Source of the DNA: Chloroflexota bacterium
GTDB lineage: Bacteria > Chloroflexota > UBA11872 > VXOZ01
NCBI GenBank assembly: GCA_963662335.2
Contig: CAXXVD010000002.1
Span: 128,001-192,000 of the forward strand
DNA: 64,000 nucleotides
Reading direction: 5' to 3'
Of the stretch, positions 49,673 to 59,854 are shown piece after piece. The notes below the pieces were generated by a model. That model was not told the DNA's origin. It saw only the letters and a list, made by a program, of their open reading frames with translations, and made no database searches. Positions within the stretch are counted from its first letter, which is position 1. Each line of letters starts with the position of its first letter. Made by a program: the position numbers and the translations under genes.

Positions 49673-51511
49673 ATGGCGACAACCGTACCGCAGCGTGCAC
49701 TGTCTGAGCCCGCCGCTGAGCAGAACGGCCTGCTGCGGGTCTCCACTCTCGCGGAATTGCAGGAGCGGGGCGTGGTGACGGTGGCGGGGCAGGGGCATAC
49801 GGTGGCCGTGTTCTGGCACAACGAGCGCGCGTACGCGGTGGACAACCGCTGTCCGCACATGGGATTTCCGTTGGCGCGGGGCATCTGCGAGGACGGCGTG
49901 CTGACCTGTTATTGGCACTACGCCCGTTTCGACCTGGATTCCGGCGGCGCGTTCGACATCTGGGCCGGCGACCTGCGCGCCTTTCCGGTGACCGTGCGCG
50001 ACGGCGTCGTGTGGGTGGACGTGCGCGAAACCCAGAGCGTCGACGAGCGCTACGCCCAGGAAGCGGCGCGGCTGGAGAAGGCCTTGGAGCAGGGCATCGC
50101 GCTGAACCAGGCCAAAGCCGTGCTCGCCATGCGGGACCTCAAACCGGCGGAGGCGACGAAGCGGATTGTGGCTACCACCGCCGGGTTCGGCCTGCTGCGG
50201 GGTTCCAGCCGCAACCCGGGCGGCTGGGGCGACGGCCTCACCATTCTCACGGCCATGGCGAACTTGCAACCGCACCTCTTGGCGGACGACCGGCCGCTCT
50301 CCCTCTATCACGGCACGCGCCGGGTGAGCGATGACGCTATGGGCCGCCAGGAGCGCATTCTGCTCGATCCGCTGCCGACAGAGGCAATTCCGCCGGCGCG
50401 GCTGAAGCGCTGGTTCCGGGAGTACGTGGAGGTGCGCGACGCCGACGCCGCCGAACGCACGCTGCGCACGGCGATCGCGGTCGGTTGGACGCCGCAGCGG
50501 TTGCTCGACATGCTGGCCGCCGCCGCCACCGACCACTACTACCGCGACTTCTCGCACGTCATGGACACGCTGGCCAAGGCCGCGGAACTGCTGGACATCA
50601 TCGGTTGGGAGTCGGCCGCGGACGTGCTGCCGGCGCTCACCAGCCAGTGGGCGCAGGCGAGCCGGGAAGAAGAACGGAACGCCTGGCTGCGACCCGAAAA
50701 CCTGGTGGCGCTGGTGGAAGCGGCCGTGCCGGAACTGGACACGGCGGTTGACCTGGCGGCGCGGCCCACGGGCGGCTGGGACGCTGACCTTGTCGATGCG
50801 CTGCTGGGCGAGGAGCCGGGGCGCAGTATCGACGCGCTCATGGCGGCGTTCCGCGCGGGTTTGTCCCTGGCCGACGCGGCGCAGGCGCTGGCGTATGCGT
50901 CGGCGCTGCGGCTCACGCGCTTCCCCACCAGCAACGAGTTCGGCGATTGGGATACGGCGCTTCACCACTTCACCTATTGCGCCTCGCTGGCCCAGGTGGC
51001 CAAGCGCGCGCCCTCGGTCGAGTTGGCGCGGGGCGTGCTGCACGGCGCGATGGTGGTCTACCAGGCGCGGTTCCTCAATATGCCCGCCGCGCGCCTGCCG
51101 GGGAATGAGGCGCTGGCGGCGCTGCCGTCCGAGCCTGCCGTCTTACAAGAGCAACTCCTGGCGTACTGCGAACGTCAGGGCGGCGTGGACGAGGCCGGGG
51201 CCGTAACCTACCGCTATCTCACCCTCGGCCACGACCCGGCGGCGCTAATCGGCACGCTGGGCCACGCGGTGCTCTGCGAAGACCCCAGCTTCCACGACTT
51301 CCAGATGCTGGAGGAAGGGGCGCGCTTGTCCCAAGACCTGGCGGCGGCCGGCCATGCCGACGCGTCGTACCAGACGCTGGTGGCGATTGCCCGCTGGCAG
51401 GCGGCCCACGCGCCCACCCGCCGCGCGACGACGCAGACGTACACCATTGCCCGCCGCCTGCACCGGGGCGAGGCGGTGTACGCCGACAACGGCGACGCGC
51501 GTTCCGGGTAG
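49673..51511 (+). CDS. Rieske [2Fe-2S] domain protein with large helical C-terminal region
   Basis: NRCPHMG...LTCYWH. Confidence 0.85.
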   Translation: MATTVPQRALSEPAAEQNGLLRVSTLAELQERGVVTVAGQGHTVAVFWHNERAYAVDNRCPHMGFPLARGICEDGVLTCYWHYARFDLDSGGAFDIWAGDLRAFPVTVRDGVVWVDVRETQSVDERYAQEAARLEKALEQGIALNQAKAVLAMRDLKPAEATKRIVATTAGFGLLRGSSRNPGGWGDGLTILTAMANLQPHLLADDRPLSLYHGTRRVSDDAMGRQERILLDPLPTEAIPPARLKRWFREYVEVRDADAAERTLRTAIAVGWTPQRLLDMLAAAATDHYYRDFSHVMDTLAKAAELLDIIGWESAADVLPALTSQWAQASREEERNAWLRPENLVALVEAAVPELDTAVDLAARPTGGWDADLVDALLGEEPGRSIDALMAAFRAGLSLADAAQALAYASALRLTRFPTSNEFGDWDTALHHFTYCASLAQVAKRAPSVELARGVLHGAMVVYQARFLNMPAARLPGNEALAALPSEPAVLQEQLLAYCERQGGVDEAGAVTYRYLTLGHDPAALIGTLGHAVLCEDPSFHDFQMLEEGARLSQDLAAAGHADASYQTLVAIARWQAAHAPTRRATTQTYTIARRLHRGEAVYADNGDARSG

Positions 51512-51823
51512 CGCAGGTTTGCAACCCGCGGTCGGCGGCGGCCCCAATTCAGGGTAGCGCAGGTTTGTAACCTGCGGGGGTTGGCAGTTCAAGCCTCGTT
51601 GCGTCCCGCCGTTGTGGCAATTTGCAGTCTGCGCTTTGTGCCGCGGGCGGGGACGCAGGTTACAAACCTGCGCTACCGGAAAGATGGCGGGCCGCGTAGG
51701 GTGTTTGGGGTAGGGGCACGACATGTCGTGCCCCTACCCCTTGTCGACAGATTGGGTAGAGGCGTCCTATTAACGCTTTGCCGCCTGACGCGCGAGGAGG
51801 CGGGGGACGAGCCCCCGCGCTAC
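51507..51823. repeat. Mixed REP cluster (gtagcgcaggtttgtaacctgc x3, plus two other families)
   Basis: Palindromes near 51507, 51553, 51654, 51710, 51800. Confidence 0.85.
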
Positions 51824-51953
51824 GGTAGGCGGAGACCGAAACTACAATTGTGGCGAGCAGGTAGGTTAGAATAGGTGAAGAGGAACGGGCCGGCGCAGGG
51901 CGCGGCTCCGCAACGACAGTAGACAACTTTTCGCCGCAAAGTGAGAGACAGGC

Positions 51954-53354
51954 ATGGCAGGCAAGACGCTGTTCGAGAAAGTTTGGGATAGTCACGTGGT
52001 GCACGAGGAGCCGGGCGGGCCGGCGCTGCTCTACGTCGACCTGCATCTGGTGCACGAAGTTACGTCGGCGCAGGCGTTCGAGGGGCTGCGGCTGAGCGGC
52101 CGCGGCGTGCGGCGGCCCGAGTTGACCGTGGCGACGGTGGACCACAACGTGCCCACCACGGAGCGTGGCGCGCCGATCGACGACGACATTTCGCGCCGCC
52201 AGATTGAGACGATGGAGCAAAACGCCGCGGAGTTCGGCCTGACGTTCTACGGCTACCGCAGTCCCAACCAGGGCATCGTGCACGTGATTGGGCCGGAACT
52301 GGGCTACACGCAACCCGGCAAGGTGATCGTCTGCGGCGATAGCCACACCTCGACTCACGGGGCGTTTGGGGCGTTCGCCCTGGGCATCGGCACCTCGGAA
52401 GTCGAGCACGTGCTGGCGACCCAGTGCCTGATACAGAAGCGGCCCAAGACCATGGAAGTGCGCGTGGACGGCGCGCTGCCTCAGGGCGTGACGGCGAAAG
52501 ACGTCATTCTTGGCATCATCGGGCGCATCGGCGTGGAAGGCGGCGTGGGCCACGTGATCGAGTACACCGGTGAGGCCATTCGCGCGCTCTCCATGGAAGG
52601 GCGCATGACGGTGTGCAACATGTCGATCGAGGGCGGCGCGCGGGCCGGCATGATCGCGCCCGACGAAAAGACCTTTGAGTACCTAAAAGGGCGCAAGTAC
52701 GCGCCGCAAGGGGAGAACTGGGATGCGGCGCTGGCCCACTGGCGCACGCTGGCGACCGACGCCGACGCCACGTATGACAGCGTGGTGCGGATCGACGCCG
52801 CGTCGCTCGCGCCGCACGTGACCTGGGGCACGAATCCCGGCCAGGTGGCGCCGGTCACCGGCGCGGTGCCCAATCCGGGCGATTTGGCCACGCCGGAAGA
52901 GCAGGCTACCGCGGAGCGCGCCCTGGCCTACATGGGACTGGAAGGCGGCACGCCCATCCAGGATATTGCCGTAGACCGGGTCTTTCTGGGCTCGTGCACC
53001 AACGCGCGGCTGGAAGACTTGCGCGCGGCGGCCGGCATCGTGCGCGGCAAGCGTGTGCATCCCGACGTGCGGGCGCTGGTGGTGCCCGGCTCCACGCTGC
53101 TCAAGCAGCAGGCGGAAACCGAGGGCCTCAACGAGGTCTTCCAGGCGGCGGGATTCGAGTGGCGCGAGGCCGGCTGCTCCATGTGCCTGGGCATGAACCC
53201 GGACATCCTGGCTCCCGGCGAGCGCTGCGCTTCCACCTCCAATCGCAACTTCGAGGGCCGCCAGGGCAAGGGCGGCCGCACGCATTTGGTTAGTCCGCAA
53301 ATGGCCGCCGCGGCGGCGATTGCGGGGCGGTTCGTGGACGTGCGGGAGTGGTGA
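51954..53354 (+). CDS. leuC: 3-isopropylmalate dehydratase large subunit
   Basis: [46 protein letters not shown]. Confidence 0.98.
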   Translation: MAGKTLFEKVWDSHVVHEEPGGPALLYVDLHLVHEVTSAQAFEGLRLSGRGVRRPELTVATVDHNVPTTERGAPIDDDISRRQIETMEQNAAEFGLTFYGYRSPNQGIVHVIGPELGYTQPGKVIVCGDSHTSTHGAFGAFALGIGTSEVEHVLATQCLIQKRPKTMEVRVDGALPQGVTAKDVILGIIGRIGVEGGVGHVIEYTGEAIRALSMEGRMTVCNMSIEGGARAGMIAPDEKTFEYLKGRKYAPQGENWDAALAHWRTLATDADATYDSVVRIDAASLAPHVTWGTNPGQVAPVTGAVPNPGDLATPEEQATAERALAYMGLEGGTPIQDIAVDRVFLGSCTNARLEDLRAAAGIVRGKRVHPDVRALVVPGSTLLKQQAETEGLNEVFQAAGFEWREAGCSMCLGMNPDILAPGERCASTSNRNFEGRQGKGGRTHLVSPQMAAAAAIAGRFVDVREW

Positions 53355-53412
53355 AGAACGAGGATGGCGGCATAGCAACACACCCCCAGCGGAGTGAAGG
53401 GAGGGCGAGACG

Positions 53413-53781
53413 GTGACAGTATTCGACACGCACAAGGCATTTGTAACGTTCACGGGCGCGGGATTTTCCGCTGAGCAGGCCCAGGCGTTGCTCGATGCGG
53501 GGCAAGAGGGTAGCGAAGCGCTGGCAACCAAGGCCGACCTGAAAGCGCAGGAGACGGCACTGCGCAGTGAAATGCAAGCGATGGAAAGGGCACTGCGGAA
53601 CGACTTGCAGGCAGTCGAGACCTCATTGAATAGTGAGATTCAAACTCTTAGGGCGGAGAGTAAGACCGACCTGCGTGACTTGGAGCAACGCATGACGATT
53701 CGGTTAGGCGCAATGCTCTTTACCGCGATAGGCTTGCAGGTTGCAGTTCTCGGACTTCTGCTCGTGTTGATTGCGCGCTAG
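53413..53781 (+). CDS. DUF1640/CCDC90-like coiled-coil protein with C-terminal TM
   Basis: FDTHK...AGFSAEQAQAL...LATKADL...LEQRMTIRLGAML; AGGAGG RBS. Confidence 0.85.
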   Translation: MTVFDTHKAFVTFTGAGFSAEQAQALLDAGQEGSEALATKADLKAQETALRSEMQAMERALRNDLQAVETSLNSEIQTLRAESKTDLRDLEQRMTIRLGAMLFTAIGLQVAVLGLLLVLIAR

Positions 53782-53834
53782 ATATAATTGTGCTGAACCG
53801 TTCGCAGCGTTGTGAAAGGGGGAAAGAATCAGCC

Positions 53835-54443
53835 GTGGTACCATTTGTAACCCACACCGGCACGGTAGCGGCGCTTGACCGCGCCAACGTCGATACCGAC
53901 CAGATCATTCCCAAGCAGTTCCTCAAGCGCATCGAGCGCACGGGCTACGGGCCGTTCGCGTTCTTCGACTGGCGCTACTTCGAAGACGGCGCGACGCCCA
54001 ACCCGGACTTCGAGCTGAACGACGCGCGCTACGACGGCGCGACGGTTCTTGTCACGGGCCGGAATTTCGGCTGCGGCTCGTCGCGGGAACACGCGGCGTG
54101 GGCGCTGAAGGAGTACGGCTTCCTAGCCATCATCGCGCCCAGCTTTGCCGACATCTTCGCCAACAACGCCGTGGAAAACGGCATGTTGACCGTGGTCTTG
54201 CCGCCTGAGGACGTGGCGGAATTGACGCGGCGGGCGCAGACTATGGACGACTACCGGCTAACGGTGGACTTGGCAAACACGACCGTGCGGGACGACCACG
54301 GGTTTGCGGCCTCGTTCGCGGTTGATCCGACCGTCCAACACCGCCTGCTCAACGGCCTGGACGCGGTGGGTCTGACGTTGCAGCGCGAGGACGCCATCAC
54401 CGCGTTTGAAGGACAGCGCCCGGCCTGGCTCGCCGCTTCCTGA
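53835..54443 (+). CDS. leuD: 3-isopropylmalate dehydratase small subunit
   Basis: NVDTDQIIPKQFLK, NFGCGSSREHAAWAL, LLNGLD. Confidence 0.97.
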   Translation: MVPFVTHTGTVAALDRANVDTDQIIPKQFLKRIERTGYGPFAFFDWRYFEDGATPNPDFELNDARYDGATVLVTGRNFGCGSSREHAAWALKEYGFLAIIAPSFADIFANNAVENGMLTVVLPPEDVAELTRRAQTMDDYRLTVDLANTTVRDDHGFAASFAVDPTVQHRLLNGLDAVGLTLQREDAITAFEGQRPAWLAAS

Positions 54444-54669
54444 GCGTGGATTGCGGCGTGTTGGCGCCAGTGCCGGTCATTTCCGGTCTGTGCCGGTTGG
54501 CTTTTCCCAATCGTTAACGAAACGGGACGAGGCCTCGCGCATGGTCCAAGCAGGAGACGAAGAAGCGGGGGACAAGCCCCCGCTACGGCTCTTCCGGCCA
54601 AGAGGTGCGGGAGGACACCCCCTGCGGCGGTTGGCGACGCAAGCGTATCGCTTGGTTGGCCTCTAGCTT

Positions 54670-55137
54670 CTACTCGGCAAAGTCGCCGAGTGTAGGCTGC
54701 TCCACGGCGATGTAGTCCCGGCAGGCCATGATGATCGAGGCCGAGCGGCTGCCGGCGTTGAATGAGATGCGTTCGTTCTCCAGCAGGGAGCGGTCGACGT
54801 AGGTGGGCAGCTCGAGGACGCTGCCAAAGGGCGGCACCGCGCCAACCGCCAGGCCGGTGCGCTCGCGGAGTTCGTCAGGCGCGATCATGCGCAGGTCTTT
54901 GACGCCAAAGGCGCGCTTGAACGCCCGCGTGCCCACGCGCTTGTGGGCGGGCACCACCGCCAACAGCAGCGCGCCGTCCGCCGCGAAGACCAGCGCCTTG
55001 GCCCCTTCTCGCAAGGGCGTGCCGCGCACGTCCGCCGCTTCCTGGCTGGTTGTGACCGGGGCGTGCTCTTTGAAACAGAATGAAACGTCGTGGTCGTGCA
55101 AGAGGCGCCGGATGCGTTCGACTACCGGACTCTGCAT
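54670..55137 (-). CDS. YbaK / prolyl-tRNA editing domain protein
   Basis: TSQEAA, GAKAL, GAVPPFG, FNAG. Confidence 0.9.
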   Translation of the reverse strand: MQSPVVERIRRLLHDHDVSFCFKEHAPVTTSQEAADVRGTPLREGAKALVFAADGALLLAVVPAHKRVGTRAFKRAFGVKDLRMIAPDELRERTGLAVGAVPPFGSVLELPTYVDRSLLENERISFNAGSRSASIIMACRDYIAVEQPTLGDFAE

Positions 55138-55286
55138 TGCTCTGTGCCTTTACGCCACCGCGAGTGAAGGATTTTTCCTGGCTAAAGCCGGATAAGCGTG
55201 TAATATAGGATACACGGCCCGGCGCGCCGGTGTGAGCAAGAGCGAGCGAAATCGCACGAGCCGGAGCCTACCGGGGAGATGACGGC

Positions 55287-55895
55287 GTGAGACATGCGCG
55301 CATAGCGACGGTTGTTCTGACCATTGCCGTTGGGCTGCTGCTGGCGAGTTGCGCCGCGCAGAGTGCACTCCCGGACGCGGATACGCCTGTGCCCGCGCCT
55401 ACCGCTACCGTCCCAGCAGAAGTAACGCCCGTGCCCGCGCCTACTGCTACCGTCCCAGCAGAAGTAACGCCCGCGCCCGCGCCTACCGCTACCGTCCCAG
55501 CAGAAGTAACGCCCGTGCCCGCGCCTACCGCCACCGTCCCAGCAGAAGTAACGCCCGTGCCCGCGCCTACTGCTACCGATCCCGCCGAAGAAGTGCAATA
55601 CCCGCACGCCGACTGGCTGCGCGCGTGGGATGCGGCGCCGCCTCTTTCCCAAAGCGTGAGAGACAAGGCGGCGGGGCTGCTCGCCGAGCGTCTCGGCGTG
55701 GACGTCAAGGCGATCGCCTTTGTTGAATACAAAGCCTTGGAGTGGAATGACGCCAGTATCGGCTGCCCCCGGCCCGGCTACGCCTACGCGCAGGTCATAA
55801 CTCCCGGTTACGCGATCGCGTTTCGGGATCAAGCCCGGGCGCTACACTTCGTCAATACCAACCACGACGGCTCCCGCCTGGCCTACTGTCCGTGA
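55287..55895 (+). CDS. Lipoprotein with 14-aa (42-bp) tandem repeats
   Basis: LASC lipobox; TPVPAPTATVPAEV about x4.6; C-terminal EWNDASIGCPRPG..YAQVITPGY. Confidence 0.85.
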   Translation: MRHARIATVVLTIAVGLLLASCAAQSALPDADTPVPAPTATVPAEVTPVPAPTATVPAEVTPAPAPTATVPAEVTPVPAPTATVPAEVTPVPAPTATDPAEEVQYPHADWLRAWDAAPPLSQSVRDKAAGLLAERLGVDVKAIAFVEYKALEWNDASIGCPRPGYAYAQVITPGYAIAFRDQARALHFVNTNHDGSRLAYCP

Positions 55896-55945
55896 TCGCT
55901 CGCGGGAATGCGGGAATTCACGAGGACATTGGTGTCGATGAACAT
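55883..55945 (-). pseudogene. Truncated PIN/VapC toxin remnant
   Basis: MFIDTNVLVNSRIPASDHGQ* starts 7 nt after the upstream ORF; DTNVLV is the PIN N-terminal motif. Confidence 0.7.
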
Positions 55946-55952
55946 GCGGGGA

Positions 55953-56360
55953 TTAGGGCCTATCGTCGTAGATGTCCTCTCGCCTAAGGCTCAATCCTTG
56001 CGGCCACGCTCCGGCGCGGTGGACGGGCCAGACCGCGTCGAGCGCGCGGGGGCGCATGGTTCCGGGGCGCTGCCGCCGCCTCAGCAGCAGCGTTTCAGAG
56101 TTCATGTCAACCTCAGCCGTCTCCCAGCCGGCGGCGCTCCAGGCAAGAGCCTGGCTGTGGCCGGCGCCAACGCTCCGGTTTGCCCACCACGGCCGGTGCA
56201 GCCGCGCCGACGCGGGCAGCGGAAAGCCCAAGATAGTCTCGATTTCGCCGAACGTTGCCCGCCACTCATCGGCGCGCAATCGGCACAGATGCGTGAATAG
56301 TCGCTGATACTTGCCGCGGATTGCGATTTCCCAATACTGCCGGTCTGCATGAATGTCCAT
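55953..56360 (-). CDS. Putative antitoxin / DNA-binding hypothetical protein
   Basis: KYQRL...TFGEIETILGFPLPASA...WWAN...AWSAAGW domain plus C-terminal LRREDIYDDR tail. Confidence 0.65.
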   Translation of the reverse strand: MDIHADRQYWEIAIRGKYQRLFTHLCRLRADEWRATFGEIETILGFPLPASARLHRPWWANRSVGAGHSQALAWSAAGWETAEVDMNSETLLLRRRQRPGTMRPRALDAVWPVHRAGAWPQGLSLRREDIYDDRP

Positions 56361-56514
56361 GCTGGCCCCGCCTCTTGAGTCGCGGATTGGAAGGCCGAAC
56401 GCTCAGTTCCTATTTAGGCAGTGCGTGTGCCGCGCGCAATGAAGATGGGTAATGCAAGGGTCTTCTGGACGGGAGCAGGCCGGGGCGCGGCAGGCGGCGG
56501 CGCAGTCCACCGGC

Positions 56515-57273
56515 TTAGAGCAGGCCCGCGGTCAGGCCGCCGTCTATGTGAATCACTTGCCCCGTGATATACGACGCGGCGTCGCCGGTGAGGTACGAGA
56601 CGAGGGCGGCGATTTCTTCCGGCGTGCCGGCGCGTTTGATGGGCAGTTTCTGCATCAGGCGGTCCATCAGGTGCGGCGGAATGTCGTGGGTCAGGTCGGT
56701 GGGAATATAGCCGGGCGCGATGGCGTTCACCGTGATGCCCCGGCTGCCCATCTCCACGGCGGTGGAACGGGTGAGGGCGACCACGCCGGCCTTGGCGGCG
56801 GTGTAGTTCGCTTGGCCGGGATTGCCCACCAGCCAGCCGACCGACGTAATGTTGACAATGCGCCCCCAGCGCTGCGCCAGCATGGGACGCAAGGCGGCGC
56901 GGGTGCAGAGGAACGCGCCCCGCAGGTTGGTGTCGATTACCAGGTCCCAGTCCTCGTCGCGCATCTTGAGGACCAGAGTATCCTGGGTGATGCCGGCGTT
57001 GTTCACCAGCACGTGGAGGCGGCCGAACGTCTCCAGGGTGCGCGCGACAACGTCTTTCACCGCGCCGGCGTCCCGCACGTCGCCGCTGACGGCCAGCGCG
57101 CTGCCGCCCTGGCCTTGAATCTGGGCCACGGCCTCCAGCGCGGCCTCTTCGTTGACCTGGTAGTTGATGGCGACGTTCGCGCCCGCCGCGGCGAGATGCA
57201 GCGCGATGGTGCGCCCAATGCCGCGGGAGGCGCCGGTTACGAGGGCGGTCTTGCCGGCGAGATGTGGTTCCAT
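56515..57273 (-). CDS. fabG: 3-oxoacyl-ACP reductase (SDR)
   Basis: TGASRGIG, NNAGIT, GNPGQANYTAAK, YITGQVIHIDGG. Confidence 0.92.
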   Translation of the reverse strand: MEPHLAGKTALVTGASRGIGRTIALHLAAAGANVAINYQVNEEAALEAVAQIQGQGGSALAVSGDVRDAGAVKDVVARTLETFGRLHVLVNNAGITQDTLVLKMRDEDWDLVIDTNLRGAFLCTRAALRPMLAQRWGRIVNITSVGWLVGNPGQANYTAAKAGVVALTRSTAVEMGSRGITVNAIAPGYIPTDLTHDIPPHLMDRLMQKLPIKRAGTPEEIAALVSYLTGDAASYITGQVIHIDGGLTAGLL

Positions 57274-57299
57274 GCGTTCTCGTGCCGCGCCGCCGGCTC

Positions 57300-58142
57300 T
57301 CACGTCTTCTCCGCGACCACTTGCAGCCAGTAGCGGGGCACCGTCTTCAGCTTCAACTCGCGTAGCGCTTCCCGGATGCCGTGCTTCAGCACCTCCGCGC
57401 CCACGTCCAGCGGCACGCTGGGCAGGACGCCCTCGATGAAGAGCGAATAGTCGCTGATGTCCTCCAGGCTTTCCTGGGTCATTTCGACCTGGCGGCACTC
57501 CAGGTGCGTCACGGTAAAGCCGTTTTCCCCCAGCAATTCCGCATACTGATCCGGCGAGAGCCAGCGCATGGCGGTGGTCTTGGCGTCCTTGACCACCTTG
57601 ATGGTGGGGTATTCGCGCCGCATCTGCTGCACCGCGCGCACGACCCACAGGCGGTTGGCCTTCTGGGTGATGGGCAAGTACGCGCCGTCGAAGAAGGTGG
57701 TGTTGAAGGCCACCACACCGCCGGGATTGAGCGACGCGCCAATCTCCTTGAAGACGGCGTGTTTATCTTCTATTAAATGGATGGCGTTGCAGAAGAAGAG
57801 CGCGTCGGCGGACGAGACCAACTGGGAGACGTTCTCGGCGCTGCCGTTGAGGAACTTTACCATGGCGTTGGCAACGCCCTGCCGCGCCTTGTCCAGCGCC
57901 AGAGGCGAAGGATCGATGCCGAGAATCTGCGCTTTCAGTCCGAGGCGCTGCACCTTGCCGAGGATGAGGCGGGTGATGGCGCCGGTGCCGCACCCGAGAT
58001 CGACGATGCGCCGCTGTACGTTGGGGTCCAGCCGCTCCAGGAAGCTGAGGGCGGACTCCACGAGGTCCGTGTTGGTTTCGCGGTAGAATTCGTGCCGCGC
58101 AAAGGGCTCGAAAGAGTGATCGGTTCTATCTGTCGTAGCCAT
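57300..58142 (-). CDS. Class I SAM-dependent methyltransferase
   Basis: IVDLGCGTG, GIDPS, LNPGG. Confidence 0.9.
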   Translation of the reverse strand: MATTDRTDHSFEPFARHEFYRETNTDLVESALSFLERLDPNVQRRIVDLGCGTGAITRLILGKVQRLGLKAQILGIDPSPLALDKARQGVANAMVKFLNGSAENVSQLVSSADALFFCNAIHLIEDKHAVFKEIGASLNPGGVVAFNTTFFDGAYLPITQKANRLWVVRAVQQMRREYPTIKVVKDAKTTAMRWLSPDQYAELLGENGFTVTHLECRQVEMTQESLEDISDYSLFIEGVLPSVPLDVGAEVLKHGIREALRELKLKTVPRYWLQVVAEKT

Positions 58143-58299
58143 AGCAGACCTTCCTCTTGCCGCTGCGCGCGCCTTTGCGGCGCAACGGCGCTGCCGGCAG
58201 GGTGTAGCGCCGCAGGCCGGCCCAAGGGCCGGGCGGCGTGTTTACATTATACGTGTTTTCTAGCAGGCGCGGCAGCCGCTTGCCTTGCCCTCTCCCCGG

Positions 58300-58460
58300 C
58301 AGACAGGGGCATTAACACTATAGTCGACTTCATTTGTCATTCCGAACGGAGCGCAGCGGAGAGTCGAACCCTGTTCGCGGAATCTAGAGCGCAGTCCTGC
58401 GAAATCAGCATCATTAGATTCCTCGCTGCGCTCGGAATGACATTTGCACGCGGCTGTCTG
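58300..58460. mobile_element. Second copy of the 7793-7939 MITE family (inverted), 11-bp TSD
   Basis: Ends cagacag / ctgtctg; flanks cctctccccgg (58289) and cctctccccag (58461); reverse complement aligns with 7811-7939. Confidence 0.78.
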
Positions 58461-58607
58461 CCTCTCCCCAGGGAGACAGAGTTACTGCGAGCGGCAGACC
58501 GGCTTGGGACGCAATGCTACAATGGGCGGGCGGGCAGTCGCAAGTGCCGGCGAGACGGGCAGCTTGGGCGAGACGGGCGGCCCCGCTGGATCAAGGGGAA
58601 TGAAGCA

Positions 58608-59795
58608 ATGAAGATTCGCGCGGTAGAGGCGGCGCCGCTGGCGTGGCCGACGCCTCACGGTAAGGGAGAGCGTGTTTCCGACTACGGGGCGCACGATGAG
58701 GCCCACGCGGTGATCGTGCGGGTGGAAACCGACGACGGGCTGGCGGGACACGGCGAGGTGCATCCCGGCTACGGCTATACCCGGGGCGCGTGCCACACGC
58801 TCAAGGCGATCGTGGAGCACGAACTCGGCCCGGAGGTCATTGGCGAAGACCCTACGCGGCCGGAGTACGTCTGGGAGAAGATGTACAACGGCCCGCGCCT
58901 GGGCATTGCGCTCAGCTACGGCCAGAGCGCGCCGCGCATGGGACGCCGGGGCGTCACCGTCTGCGCCATGGGCGGCATTGATATGGCGCTCTGGGACATC
59001 TTTGGCCGGTCGCTGGGCGTGCCGATTCATAAACTGCTGGGAGGCGGCTACCGCGCGCGTTTGCCCACCTACGCCAGCGGCGGGCACGCGGCCGCGGACG
59101 GCGCCGGCGAAGAGGCGCTGGGCTACGTGGCCCAGGGTTTTCGCGCGGTCAAGATGCGCGTGGGCGCAATGGACGCGCCCCACGTCGTGCGGGACGGCAT
59201 TGCGCGCATTCGCGCCGTGCGCGAGGCGATTGGGCCTACCCGGCGGCTCATGCTCGACGCCCACGGTTCGCTCAATGAGTCCCAGGCGATTCGCCTGGCG
59301 CAGGCGGCGGAAGAATACGACATCGACTGGTTCGAGGAGCCGGTGAGCAGCGACAACTGGCGCGGCATGGGCCGGGTGCGGCAGGCTACGTCGATACCCA
59401 TTTCCACCGGCGAGAACGACTTCACCCACTTCGACTTCCGCGACATCATCGCGCATGAGGCGGCGGACATCCTGCAACCGGACCTGGCGGTGGTCGGCGG
59501 CTTTACGGCGGCGCGGCGCATCGGCACGCTGGCCCACGCCGCGAACCTGCAAGTCGCGCCCCACATCTGGGGCTCGGCGCTGCTCTTCTACGCCAGCCTG
59601 CAACTGGCGGCGGCGCTGCCCAATTGCCCCATCATCGAGTTTCGCCAGGGCGGCAATCCGCTCTTTACGGAATTGATCGCGCCGCCGCCCGCAATCGATA
59701 GCGAAGGCTGCGTGACAATTCCCAATGGGCCGGGCCTGGGCGTGGACATCGACCTGGAAGCGGCCAAGGGGAAGTTTCCTTTTGAGCGGACGTAG
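58608..59795 (+). CDS. Mandelate racemase / muconate lactonizing enzyme family
   Basis: IDMALWDI, AVKMR, LMLDAH, WFEEP, TGEN, LQPD, APH. Confidence 0.93.
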   Translation: MKIRAVEAAPLAWPTPHGKGERVSDYGAHDEAHAVIVRVETDDGLAGHGEVHPGYGYTRGACHTLKAIVEHELGPEVIGEDPTRPEYVWEKMYNGPRLGIALSYGQSAPRMGRRGVTVCAMGGIDMALWDIFGRSLGVPIHKLLGGGYRARLPTYASGGHAAADGAGEEALGYVAQGFRAVKMRVGAMDAPHVVRDGIARIRAVREAIGPTRRLMLDAHGSLNESQAIRLAQAAEEYDIDWFEEPVSSDNWRGMGRVRQATSIPISTGENDFTHFDFRDIIAHEAADILQPDLAVVGGFTAARRIGTLAHAANLQVAPHIWGSALLFYASLQLAAALPNCPIIEFRQGGNPLFTELIAPPPAIDSEGCVTIPNGPGLGVDIDLEAAKGKFPFERT

Positions 59796-59854
59796 AGCGG
59801 GATTCGTTCCACTGCCACGGATTGCGCAAGGGTCACATAGAGAGGGAAGAAATC

